From the NCBI GenBank assembly GCA_040954595.2, contig CM082585.2:4861358-4925357 (forward strand): 64,000 bases of DNA, given 5' to 3'. Each line of letters starts with the position of its first letter. Position 1 is the first letter of the stretch. Source of the stretch: Balanoglossus misakiensis (taxonomy: Eukaryota; Animalia; Hemichordata). A program made the position numbers and the translations under genes. Below the pieces are notes generated by a model that searched no databases, was not told where the DNA came from, and was given only the letters and a program-made list of their open reading frames with translations. Positions 26,701-40,900 of the stretch are shown here, in pieces.

Positions 26701-29175
26701 TCCGTCCAATGCATCTATCTTTTTCGTTCTCTCATAGTTATAAGCATGCGGAGAAATTGACTATGCATTGTATTGATGGCTTCAGATGAATTCTGATATT
26801 TTCTGTCTGTTTTAACATAAATCAATTTTCAGTTAAGGATGCAAGAGTAACTAGTATACTTCCAGTCTCTGCATATTTGCACAATCCCTTGAGACTGCAA
26901 GATTCACAACTTGAAGCCTTAGACACAAATCATGTTCGCCATGACAGGCATTTCGTTGCCTTGATACAAAGGGGACTGTTTTACGTAAGTCTAGATCCTG
27001 TAAAATATTCACAATGGGTGGTGAATTTATGAAATTTGACTACAACGCCAGAGTTTAGAAGGGGATATAGTTTTTCTGCATAAAGAATACATTTTTGTTG
27101 TGATATTCTACTAGTTAGAAATATTAGCGTTTATTTGTGATTGATTAAAGTAGGAAGAAATTGAGTGATGTCAAGTTGAAAGTAATATAAAGTAGCTGGC
27201 GGAACTCAGTGAATATATACATGCATTTAATGCATTTAGAATTTCATACTTATTGACGTTATCTCATCGAGTGAAGAAATGGCAACTTCAGTTCTCAGTT
27301 CAAGTTCTCGGCCTTCCTGAAACAATAACAATACGGTGACTTTTCTGCAATCAGAATTACCTATACCGACAAGTATTACCTCTGGAAACTGTAAATGTTG
27401 TGAAAGACAAAAAGAGGGTTTCAATTACATGTGCAGTGCCTGGAACGGACATATGAGTTGACTTCAATGATGCTGCAACAAATTGCACTGCTTTGGACTT
27501 ACGTGTCTACTCAGTTCCACGGACGCATATACGATTGTGGTTTTACTTCACAGAGGCACACAATGCATGGTTGGTTTTGAGTGGGAGGATGTTGACACGA
27601 GCGCGATTTCAATCTCCAGATGAACGGTCTTCTCCCAACAAAGCCAAATAGACGTGAGTGGATTACCGTCAGTACAGGTTCTCAAAGGGGGAACTGTCGG
27701 CTCGGGTTCTTTTTTTTTGTTATTTGCAGCTAGGACACGTGCGCGCTATTTAACTCACAAATACGCCATCTCGGTTTGATTAAATCAGGATTCTGTATAA
27801 ATTGTTCTTTGTCTTGATATGAATGGAGGAGCATGACCGTGAATGATATGACGGAATTGCATATGGAGGGAACAGTTGATGTTGACATTTCTTCGAATAT
27901 CATTGTTGACTCGTGTCTTCGGTAATGCAGGGAGACGAATATGATTTACATTTCTAACTTTGGCATGACCTTGACCGACATCAAGAAGGTGCCTTGTTCA
28001 AATTTAAAAATCATATCATAATGTGTTGCCCTGATTGCTGTATCTGACGTTGCAATAAAAATCATTTGAAAATAAAACTTTCTTTTAATTTCATTCAAAC
28101 ATTTAGTTCTTTATCTTTTCGATCCACAATTGCGTGATATATACAGCCCTCCCAAGATCCGAGATATATTCGTTTGAAGTTTTCAAAACGGCCAAGAAAT
28201 CAAGAAGCACGCTTGTTTGTTTAACAAATCAACTCCAGTGTCATGTGGACATTTCAAATCATTTTATGAGAAGATAGGTATGTGATTGTTGGTCACGTTT
28301 TTCACCCGACGTGTTTCCTACAGTAAATGTTAACATGAGACAAGTGAATTTATCTGGAAAAAAACAGAATTTCGCAAATTGAACATCAATTAATGTGCAT
28401 CAACAAAATTACGATGCCAATTAGAAATTGAAATTCTCACATGTTTACTAACCTGGGAGTGTACCTTAAAAATTCGACATGTTACCATCGTAAACACTAA
28501 TACTGTTTTTGATAGGGTAGAAGTTGATGCCATTTTCATGAAAAAATCGGTTATATTTGAGGTTGAACCTCTCCGGATCAACAGTTACTGTAACAAGATT
28601 TTCATTCGCTCTCTGATGGAACTGCAAATAGCCTGAATCGGACCAATAAAACGGTGATGTACAGTTAATAGTTAACATTTAACGTACTATGATCGTCCCC
28701 AGAAAAGGCAATAAACAAACACTCTAACCACATCAAAGGGTTTGGCATGGGGGCATTGAAAGAAACTGTTAGCTACTAGAATTACATCTGCTCGTCGCGT
28801 CGGCATTCCTGTGAGGTGCAAATGATCGAGTGTGTGCTTGTTCTAAAAGCTGTCGTTTCTCAATAAGCTAATTTCAAAACTAATTGGGATACAATTTGCA
28901 ATTTGGTTCAGGAAACCCCTTGATTCAATAACATATATCATGAATGTTGACTAGCTCGTTTCCAGATTCATCGCAGTACAAGTCCCAGAGGCTAACAGCT
29001 TTAACAAATCACCATGGTAAAGCATGTACCTAGTAAAGGTGTATGGGAAGGAAAAAGGACAAAACTTTAACGTAAAATAATTCTTAGCTGTTATGTAACA
29101 TATTAAAGCAAAGCTAATTGTTTTCATGCACTACATGAAGTAGGTTTTTGATTTAAAACACATGACGGTGTACTG

Positions 29176-29326
29176 TAGTATGGTATGCTATGGTATGGTG
29201 TTGTGTTGTGTTGTGTGGTTTGGTGTGGTGTGGTGTGGTGTGGTGTGGTGTGGTATGGTGTGGTGTGGTGTGATGTGGTGTGGTGTGTTATGGTGTGGTG
29301 TGGTGTGGTGTGATATGGTATGGTAT
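29176..29326. repeat. Imperfect pentanucleotide (TGGTG/TGGTA)n microsatellite
   Basis: Read directly. Confidence 0.95.
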
Positions 29327-32300
29327 GTGAGCGCATGCGCTTTACGACCCTATTGATGAGATGCCATCATGTGTCATAGGTCAAATCATGAGGTACGCGT
29401 AAAAAGACAGTAACCTACATGCATATCCTTATGAATAATAACAGTGTAAAAATCATTAAGTGAAATCTCCACTCACCAACACCTCAAATACATTTGGTGC
29501 CCGGCTTTATACTGTTACATACTTTTTATTGCTTTTATCTTTTTATTTACCAGACAATTTGACCCATGGTTATGTTGCCTTAAATTCTGTCCAGGGAAAG
29601 AAAGAAAGAAAGCGACTGGAGAGACAAAGTTAATTGCTGTATGTAGCTGATCGCCTTATCTGTGTGCCGCCTCACCTGTGCAAGCACTCGCTTGCATCCA
29701 ACTCCGAGTCATCGATAAGACATCTAACGTTTAATGATAAGAAACCGACTTGTAGATAGTAATTGCATTTTCTCACTTTTCCATGATTAGCATTCCACTC
29801 AAGGAAGTCATCGCTGAAAAAATTGAGGGGCTGATTCCGAAGGGATTTCGGAGTGTAATTTAGCATCACACGAGGAGTGGTGTGCAGTGGCCGGCTGGAA
29901 TAACATCGTTTCCATAGATAGCGTATAGGCTATCGCATCTACTGGAAAAACCGTGATAAATTAGACTACATCTCTTCGCGGTATCTCAACATGACGGCCA
30001 AGATCGCCAAATTATCAAATTTAGAGAATGCGCGCTATTGATTAAATGGTGTAATCTCAAGGATTTCTTCTGACAGAAACCGACAAGGCCGTCGTATACA
30101 CACATGTTCAGATGTTGTGTTATCACGGTAATATCTGAGGCTAACTTCGTACCAATTAGTGTTTGCCTACGAATCAGATGAAGACTACAAAAATACGAAA
30201 GTAAATGTAAGTGACGTCATCAGATGAAGATAATCGTCGAGAGTGAAGAAGTCGAATTGAAAAAGAAAAGTGCCGAATTCTACTTACAGCACAGGCATAT
30301 CTTTGCTGATAACAACTGCATGTATACATGTAAGTCTCAGTCGTTTTATCGCAATTGGACTCTGTTCTCATGCTTTTACCGGTCTTACACTAATCTGATG
30401 TCAGGAGATATATGATCTCCACGGTTGATATTAAACTGTGGCTTAACCCATCTACTCCCAACTCAAAACAGGGGGAACGAATTCCTGGAAAGTGCGGGAA
30501 TAAGGTGTCGCCAAAGGTCAAATATTTTGTCAGGTAGCGGTACTTCGTGTTGAGATTGTTATAATTGAAAACATGTGCGTGCCAGGAGTTACAGTCTGTC
30601 ACCGTTGTGAGCATGCGCCATAGAGTGGAAGACCTGGTAGGTTCAAATTTCCGCCTTGTGGTCGTTTGGTTGGGCGTTTCAGGTTAAAAAGCTGAGGGCT
30701 AAATTTTCCTTCCTATGTCAGCTGAAATAAACTTAGATGGCAAAACACACAAGGCGTTGAATTCCTAACTAGGTCGTATTCATGGGAAGTGTTTTCTGTT
30801 TAATGTGAAATAATATTTCAAATAGGAACAATACTTAAAATACGTAATAGACCAATATTTTTGTTCTGTATCTGTAAATTTTGTCTGTATTTTTATTTTA
30901 TTTTATAAAATTGTTGATATTGAGATAAATACAAATGTTATTTAAAAATAGTGTGAAAAATCAACCAATTATCCTACATTCACTCGATTTGGGAATAATT
31001 ACTCGTCCAACGGCTCGTGCTATTGTCGTGAATTGTACCCATATCTCGTGTATACACCTGCCTGCGACGGGGTTATTGTTTAATTAAGCTGCTTGCACGT
31101 TTTTCATTAACCACTACGACCGTTTTACTGAACATCGCGAAATGAAAGCAATGATAACGCAATGTGTAAATGGACGTCGGACGGCCTATTTTGATCACAA
31201 CCATAGTGACCAGGAAAGTGTGAATTTTCTCATGCTCCAGGGTTGTAATGTACATTTCTCGACTCCATGGCGTGTTATCTGTGTCAGCTATGTCAATCAA
31301 CACTGTAACCCAACCAAAAAAATTTAAAGGGACAAAGTCTCTCTCTCGCTGGCCTTTTTCCATTATGTTTGATACAAGACACCGGTTATGTTATTCTACA
31401 TGTGGATATATAGAGAATCAACATGCAACGACACACAACTTCCATCCCGTTTGTAGGATATGAGAGTAAAAATCCCGCCAAAATGGATAAATGGTAAAAA
31501 CCGATTATTCATTTTGGCGAAGAATGAGTCGCATATTTCTCATCAAACATTGTGCAGGGTCAATAGTGTCTACCCTGTATAAAGACAAATCTACTTCAAA
31601 CTGAAAGTGGTACTTCCACTGTGTAAAATATATTCAACACGTTGTTCAGTTTGCCGTATACCGTCAGTGTTTGCCCTCACATATGTGCGTGAGTTGCGCG
31701 AAGTAAGTACGAAGCGGATCACGGAGTTTCAATTACCGTGGCCCAGCTTAATTTACTTCCCGGAGATTTAACTTTCAAGAAGAAGACGTATACATGAGCG
31801 CTTATCGCCACGTTTTATTGGATGATTCCTTCGGCGAGACAGTGGGAAGAATAAGGTCGTCGCAGAACCAATATGTTAGCGTGGTAGAATCATAGAATTT
31901 TATTTTACACATTTACGAACACCCCGACATCACCTGTGCAGTTTGCTCAGGCTAATGACGACGATGTTCGTGTCTAACGTGCGGGCCCCTGTGAAATATC
32001 AATATGGTGACCCGCCAGTATAACTATAAGTGAACAAATGCATATCACTGACATAACATGAACATATTTCTTACCGTACAATATGAAAATACTGACGTAA
32101 GTTCAAATACATGTACCATTGCGACAACAAAAGAAAATGTGAATACATGCGAAAACAAGACCGGTAACCTCCGGCCGTCTCTCTCAATATCTCCTCGATT
32201 GTTTACAGGAATGACAACGGTTCCATTTAAACCTAGACTTAGCGATTTACAATTTACACATACTAGTACATGTACGTGTACCTCATAAGATAAAGTGTAA

Positions 32301-33215
32301 CTTACCCAAAAAACTTGCCAATGTAAGTGCATAACCAACTCTACGGTAAGATACTTAACCGATGTAGAATGTACCAACTATCATATCATACTACTTTTCA
32401 CTAATGACTATATGTTCTAATAATTGCTGGATGCTGGCTAAAGGATGTCTTACATAACATCTGCATTGGTATTCTTTGATATAAAATGGATGCGATGGTA
32501 ACAATGAACTACCGGTAGATATGACAGCTATTAGATAACAAAGCACGTTTACATAAGGTATTCTATTCTTTCAGCGCCGAACCTTTGTCAGTAGAAATAA
32601 GGTCATCGTCATTGTCGATGTAATAAATTATTAGGATGATATATGACTTGCCTTGCAATACATACATTCATACATACTGTGAGTAAGTTTTATACAGCAT
32701 ACTTTAATTCCTTCTCAAATGTTTGTCGCAATCGAAGATAGAGAAATGTTAGCGCACCGAATACAATTTACACTTCGTCATCTAATAACAGGACATAATT
32801 GCATAAAATATTTAACTATTTATAAATGTTCCAATTTCATTTTGATAATTAAAATACAATCATTATTCAATGTAAAATAAAATATTGCGTAATTGACGTT
32901 TTGGTCGGTAATCTAGATGAGAGATTTCAGCAAGGAACTCTCGTCATGAGACGAATCATGTTCACAAATCAAAACAAAAGTACATGTACATCCAAATTGA
33001 TAAGACTGTACAAAATACAACATGTATACGTTTATGATGGCATTCACAAATTCGTGTTTAAAGTTAATCGTCCATCTACTCACCATGGAGCCTAAAATAA
33101 GAGTATAGTTTGCTGGATTCTCGCTGTTAACGGCAACACAAGATGGAAGTTATGCACGAACTATACTCCTGTAGCAGAAAGGGAACGGTGTGACACTTTA
33201 GCAGACATAAACAAA

Positions 33216-33229
33216 GGAAGTGACGTCAC
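33216..33229 (+). promoter_or_regulatory. ETS-CRE composite-like motif GGAAGTGACGTCAC
   Basis: Full palindromic CRE TGACGTCA (33221-33228) overlapping an ETS core GGAAG. Sequence match only; function not shown. Confidence 0.35.
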
Positions 33230-36200
33230 GATGTTGCATTTTTCTGTCGCCTGGCCAGACTTACACTTTGGCGCCAAACAGATGGATTGCAGTGCTGTGG
33301 TGCTGTGTTACACTGTGCGACCATTCCCAAAGCCGGGCTGTCAAAGAACGGCCCCGTAACCGCTGTGACAGTATAGGCCTACATATACAATTTTGCAAAG
33401 CGACGTTACATTGAAGGTATTTCTCGAACGACCAGGGCACATCAGAAGCACCGATAATAAGTGTCTAATCTAAGAGGGTCTCCATAGTAACCAAGGAGAG
33501 GACAAACTGCCCACTTTCCTTGTTTGGTTTTATATAATTCATGTACGTTGCATTTTATTTAAACAAGCGAAGGCATGCACGTTTAAACGACACGAAAGAA
33601 AGTTCCAAAATGACATTTATCGCCATTTATCTGACCTGAATTTGAACAAGGAAGCTTATACCCTAAAGACGTGAAACTTAACAATTGTTCCTTCAAATGG
33701 CAGCGGGTGCAAAAGTCTAAATTTTATATACGCATTTTCTGCAAATTTTGAGTCAAATATCAAATAGACAAGCGGGGTCAAAGGTCAATGGTGGTGGTTT
33801 AAGGCAGATAAAAAGTCTACATTTAATCAAAAGTCTAAAGGAGGCAGAGAAGTTGGGTCAGAACCGCACTATTTACATATACACTCATCCATCGGGAATG
33901 CCCACGGGAGTTTTATTTTTCTCATCGACGCATTTTGACATTTTTTTTCAAAAACACATCACCTTCGTGAAATGGGTTAGATGAAATATAAAAAGAAAAT
34001 CATTCTTCATCAGCTCGTGTTTAGACGCAATTGATAACTTTCACCCAAATTCCTGTTACGAATCGAAATACCTGTAATAGCAAACCCCGCGCTTTCACTT
34101 TAAGAAATTAAAGCAAACGACAAAGTTATATAGGGATATGATTAAAACGAAAGCGACCATTGTGACTAGAATGTGAATATGCCAGAGAAATGCTTGTACA
34201 TGTAATCCGACGGGTTATGCGAGAAATAACCTGCCACCGGCATCCAGCTGAAATGTGGATTGCAAACTGAATATCTGGTAATTCTTCTGGGAGTGGATGT
34301 GTTCTGAAGAAAATCAACTGAGACTGCACGAAGGATCAGGCCTTCAATCATTCTGTTCAACGTGTGCTAATTAGAAAGACCTGTTTGTGTAACTTATGAT
34401 TTTCTCGGGCAGGGGAAGGATTATCTGGGCATATAAGGCGACGTGTCGTTCCGTCTCATGCATTAAAGAATCGGGATGGGTTGGCCGCGGAAACCGCTCA
34501 ATCATGGCGTAATGACATTAAATCGCGCCGTTGTCCCGTGTTTTACTTCCACGGAGGTGTTTGTAAACTCATTTGCGTACGTACGCGCGTGTGGCAACCT
34601 TGGTCGAAACGATGAAACGCTGTCCACAAAAGACGAACGGATGGACTCACGCCGTGCTCAATTGCATTCTTTTGTTTGCGGAGCTCGGTTATTTTTTCAA
34701 CTCCTTAATTTGATGGTGATTGTCCTTTTTAACTGTCAGAATAATTCACCGCGACATACTTTCGCCGATCGCATGATAACCACGCATGCCCAGTCGACAT
34801 ACTCATTCCGCAAATTGATATCAACCTTGGTTATGAAATCAAGAGGGATAATAATCACATTGTGCGCTGACCCGGAAAATCTGTACAGAGTCGATAATGA
34901 CAATAATATCGACAGACGACGACGCCCGGTGTCTATGCCTTGAAACAACTAAAGTCTGGATACATGGCAGTCTTCGACAAACTACTTTGTACCGAGCGAT
35001 ATTCTCGCGATGGACACGGCCGGCGATGAAAAATGATCAAGGTGACCTCAACGATGCCCGCGTACGAACAAGAAACCACCGTAAATATGCGAAACAAACA
35101 AATAAAAATAGCCGTAAGTTGGAGTTACTGGCCCTTTAATGTTAATTACTAAACTACTGTCAAAATCGGCAACTCTGTCATTACGTAGCAATTTGTATCC
35201 CACGGTGTAACCTTGTTTGTCACAGCTGACATTCGGCCGATGAGAATTTTCTTTCCCAATAATTGTGCTAAATTATAAAGCCTAAAGAATTTCGTCTCTA
35301 ATTTCTAAAATCTGATAAATGCAAGGAGAACAGTTTGTTACCTTTTATCAAATACCACGAAGTTGGCGCTACGTGATGTGACATTGAAAGAAACTATGCA
35401 ATAAGAAAATCTTCGTCTCAGCAGTGTATATAACATATTATGGGGAAGGCGACAGACAGGAACCATGCATACAATGGAATTAAACTCAGCTATTCTCCAG
35501 CAGATTGCATCTTTTCAGTTCTTGGTTCAATTAAGTTCAATTATCGATACCTATACAATGTGGAGAGTGAAGATTAACGTAGATATGCAACTTACGATGT
35601 TTTTTGTAAGGAAGATCTCAGTCAGCCCACGCCTTCGCCATTTACGCAAACTACATAAGCCAGGAGAGTCGAAGGTAAATTGTTCACGTATAAATTCCCC
35701 AGATAACATAAGACAGGTGTATTAAATTGTATACATATTTCATAGTATTGATGGATGGTTTATTACACGCTACAATGAAGTCTCACAGAGATAGAGATAG
35801 ACTTATTTAAATCAAGTGTTATTGGATGCTTCTTTATATCATAAATATATAAAATTTAACTTTACCCCAATGTTGTCTTGAGTAGTAAGGATCATGCGCA
35901 CAATTTCATACGATGGGGGTTTTGCGTTGCCATCCTATAGAACTACTCATATCACGTGATACTGTGCTCTTGCAATGGAAGTTAGATTATTCGTGGTAAC
36001 TGATACACAGAAGTATTTTCAATACGATGCGATGAGTTGCTCGGTTTGTTGCGGTGATACATGCTTTACTTCCTTGTCGTGCCGGTTTTATTTCAAATGT
36101 TAACTGAAGACCAGCTGTGTTTATTTATATCAATTCTAATAAAGTCGATCGTGTATGATTAGTGTAATTTATGTGGCATTATTGATTGACTGTCGTTCGT

Positions 36201-37416
36201 GAAGACTTTTGATTTTTGAAGACTTTCATTTCCACGGTCACCAAACTCGTCTCATTATCTCCCAGTTTTTAGTTAAAAGGTCAGTTGTTTTGTCGTGGTT
36301 CAAAATTCCATGTCAAATCAGAATTGCTCTTGGAAATCACACGAAGTCACATTTACAAGTGGATTGGATATTTTGGGCGGAATCCCCGTAGGTTTGTTTT
36401 CGGTCATCCGTCAGACGAGCCGACAACGATCAAGAGAAGTGTTTCACGGTACATATGACTTGGAAAAGGTCAGTTCGGATTAAATATCCGCCGTGGAAAA
36501 TGTCAGATGGGACCCTTGATAAAGTCAACATGCTCACTTGATTAAAGTCAACATATCGTCGTCTGATAACCACTGTCAGACATCGCAGCATCATTGATCA
36601 CATCCAAGTCGTTCTGCAGGTAACGTTATATCAATCTAACGCAATCACTTTCTGTGTACCTTCGCCCTGCATTGTCCAATGCCCGCGCGCTGAATCGCCT
36701 TGTGTATTTGTCCTCATCTGCGCTGGTTTTCTACACACGCCCTGTCTAGGGCCTATAGCTAAATTACTAATCACATTGCTAATTGCGTTTTATCTGTCTA
36801 TTCTACGATACACGCTTAGCTCTGTCCATCCACAAACCACTGGCCTGTGTCGGCTACCAGCCGTCGATCGGGCCTTTTCTATTTCTCCAAACTAGTGATA
36901 CAGTAAGAACAATACCACACGCAAATGCATCAGCTTCACTTTAACGCCGGAAGGCGCAACATGTGAATCTTGATAGTCCATATGGTATGTGTAACTATAT
37001 TTGTTTTAATTTTATCCTATGCGCATTTTCTATTTCTAATTATGCGCACATAAATGATTAAACGCCTTCAATGGTTTTATGGTTCAATACAACTTGTTAA
37101 GCGATGTCTTGATATTCCAGTTGTAATGTACATTGTAGCTGACTATACTGTATCTTCAAAGGGATTTTTTCGCATCCAAATTCATCATGGTTGGTTACCG
37201 TTGAGGGCAGTGCGTGAATCAGGAAGACACGGTAATGTGTAGCCACTTACATCATATTTAGAATGTCAAGGTGAAAATATGTCATGTGAACTATCGCCTA
37301 TATGATTTTACAAGAATAAGGTTTGATCGGTGTTTATAGCAAACCTTGTCCAGTAATTACGTCTAGGATTAATACCTATGGTCGGATATTACATTGACGT
37401 TTGCCATTGTCTTGCT

Positions 37417-37903
37417 ACTAAAGATCGCACGACGATCAGATGTGATAATCACTTTATCCTAAATGCTGAAAAGTCATTATATTCTGGGGATATTTCAGTG
37501 GGATTTCTTTTTATATCCATTCAATTGTTTAATTTTGATCCCACACTTCTGAAATGAGTGATTATTATGCGACAATGTTCAGCCTTAGTCTTCATCAATG
37601 TCCTCTCAGTGTTTTTTTTTGTTTCTTCTTTGCCAGTCTATTGCATGCTTTTTTAATATGACTAAAGATCGCACGACGATCAGATGTGATAATCACTTTA
37701 TCCTAAATGCTGAAAAGTCATTATATTCTGGGATTATTTCAGTGAGATTGCTTTTAAAATCCATTCAATTGTTTAATTTTGATCCCACACTTCTGAAATG
37801 GGTGATTATTCTCTGACAATGTTCAGCCTTGGTCTTCATCAATGTCCTCCCAGTGTTTTTTTTAATTCTTTGCCAGTCTATCGCACGCTTTATTAATATG
37901 ACT
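37417..37903. repeat. Tandem duplication, two ~244-bp units
   Basis: actaaagatcgcacgacgatcagatgtgataatc... starts at 37417 and again at 37661. Units differ by scattered substitutions and small indels. Confidence 0.95.
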
Positions 37904-40900
37904 GTTGACTGGTATGTTACAGAAGTATGGAGTCATATATGTGATAATTGTTTTAAAACTATGTATCTCTGGGAGTTGAGCGCAATACAAAACTTTAAAA
38001 CAATATTCTGATGACAGAACTATACTTTTGTCAGCAGCCTATATTCCCTGATGACGTCACTTCTGATGTAAGGTCACCAATAACAAGCTAGAAACATGTA
38101 CAATTCACGAGTACATTACACCTTCTCTCACACTTCCTGCTATTAAACTTTCCTCAACCATTGCATGATAACATTAACTTGTTTTATTGATCATGGCAAG
38201 TAATGCCATCGCAGTTGTGGCCGGGGGTATCTCTTTAGTACCGGTATTTTATTGAACACGTTTAAAACAAAAGCATTTTCAGTCTCAATATTTATCCCAG
38301 CTTTTTATTTCGTTTATAATCCATTTTAGGTTTTTATGAATGTAAGTGGTCTTCACTCGTGAAGAAGATTGTCGTAATATTATCCATACAGTAACAATGT
38401 CCTTTTATAGATTTTGGTTTTATTTTCTCTGTGTTATATTGGAGACAACTCCCCCGATACAGCTCGTTAAGCTAACTGCAAATATGAGTGTAGTGGGGAA
38501 ACCCTTTACAGTGTTAGAATCACTTAATGTCTCATTTCATAGGTGTCGACAGTAAACGTGTGGACATGTATTTCCTGTATTCTAGCGTTCAGTTTCACAT
38601 CGTTTATGATTTCAAGTTCAGTCTAAAGTTATATCATGGTATTATACTAACCGAACTATGTGTTTCTGCCTGTCATTACACTTGTACAAAAAATTAAGTG
38701 CACTGTTTGAGTTCAGCATTGCAATCTTGCATCCAATGTATGGAACCATAATTAGGACTTCATTTTCAGGCTGATTCAAAACGCTATACCATCAACAAAA
38801 CCAACTTGCCCCTCAGTATATGCATTCACCAAAACCATGCACACCACACTGATTGATATTATAGATATGTTTATCACAACGAGCCCTTGGTTTCTTTCTG
38901 CAGTACAGAGGGCGGTATGCACGTGACAGTTATGATTTGAGTTTGCCTACTTTTTCAGCCATTTTTTTCGATAGTTGGTGGACTTGTCATCGTTGGCACA
39001 GCTTGCATTCTATGAGACATGAAAACATGCTAAAGGTGCCAGTTAGGGCTTGAAAAAAACGTGACCATGCAGCAAAACTGGCAAGTGCGAAAGATATTCA
39101 AATATATAATAGAATCCAAACAATGAAGACATTACACACTTACCAACATCTATTTCACCAGATTGGTTGGCCGAGTCTGTGTGTCATCTTCAACCCCGCG
39201 TCTGCGTATAGATGGCACTTCTGAGAAGATTTCCAAGAATCCGATAGATTGACGAGGTAATAGGCAATTTCCTTCTTGTCAAACAAGTCATGCATGGGCG
39301 TCTTGCCTTGACATTTCATTTGGTCGCCGCTCTCTCCTTGATTGCACGTTTCTGGAGATAACGTTAGAAAGAACGGACAGGTTACCATGGACCACAAGAC
39401 ATCGCGTCGATAGACATATATCAATCCGCCACGCTATTGGATGTGTCACATCACCTCATTAAAGTAACAATGTCTTCGTTCGCCGTTTAAAAGGATAACA
39501 ATGACGAAACACTGTTACTTTATGACTAAATACATCTGAAAACCTTCGTGTTAAATAACCATGTCTGGTCACCCTACAATTATTTCAGCCCCAAATCTGA
39601 ACAGGTCTATTTATTTTCATTATATATATTATGCTCGAACAAGTGAACGATTGTGATTGTATGTAATCTTAGATATATGCCTTTAACTGTGATACATTTC
39701 TTGCATAGACAGATGCTTACTCTCTATGTTTCTATCTTGGGCTGTCGTCTGATGAGATGCCATTTACGTGTACGTGTATGTCTATCCCCAAATGTAATAA
39801 AGCCTATATTATTATATCACTTCAATGCATTAACTTGGCTTAAGTGTTGGTTTCCACATCTCTATATCGTGTACACACAATCATTTCGGCACCTCGCATT
39901 GTCTTTCCAACTGAATGATTCAACACGAAACCTGAATTACCTGGGAAACTGTGAATTTCGTGTGTTTTTCGTCTGCCCGGGGGGATGCTTGCACTGTCTC
40001 TCGAGAAGAATATCATTTTGAGGAATGACTTTATGATGCCCTGTTTGTGAGTGGAGCCCTTCAGGATTTTTTTTCATAACGTCTTCTCAAAGTAAAACCG
40101 ATTTAGGCTGGTCCGTTAATTGTTTGACGATAACATACTATGATTTTACCTGTTATTTTGAAATCTTTTAATATACCCATCAACTATATAACTTGTCATA
40201 TCCGGTCGGCTCTGTGGCGCACCCACAAGGGCATCGCCCCATTTCAACAACGCACTGTCGATCAAAAGAAATGCATCTTTTTTTCTTACGGGAATAAAAT
40301 AAGCTAACTGTGTTTTCGAGTCAATTATTAGTCCAGGCATAATTGACTATTGGACCGTATGGAGAACAGTCTTGCCCGAGGTAATAAAATACCATGCTTT
40401 AATCACTATAACACAATACATACATTGTATGTACCAATTTATGCTACTGCTTTGGCTCGCTGAAAACTATCCTATTTACAATAGCTGCGTATTTTCATGA
40501 TGGGTGTTAACCACTCCCATGTCTCTCAGCAAAGTAGTGATCTGGCACGACAATGGCCATCATGGTCATCATATGTTGGTCGATGATTTCCAACCTAACG
40601 GAAAAGTATTGATATAACATCCCAAAGTCCCCTTTTTAGGAAACCTGTGAGAATACGGTCTTCTGTGTTATGAGAACAATTATTATTCCGACTTTCGCTG
40701 TCGTATGTAACATGGTTATTTTCTTAATGCAAATATTTCGCCACTTCCATTGGCGAATCTCGTTTAAAGAGTAAGAGGGACGGTCCATTCATTTAAATAC
40801 CTCTCACACTATATAGTGCACATTATAGCTGTCTTTGGTTCCACTCAGCGATGGTCTGAGCTATGAAACTATGATGCTGTTGACAGTCATGTCTGCTAAG

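Noticed and set aside
29672-29869. GFLSLNVRCL resembling the start of a LINE endonuclease
   Set aside because: Single short motif without the downstream ETW or other APE motifs.
34476-34943. 155-aa ORF downstream of a TATA-like motif
   Set aside because: No recognisable protein motif or coding bias; kept only as a possible CpG-rich regulatory patch.
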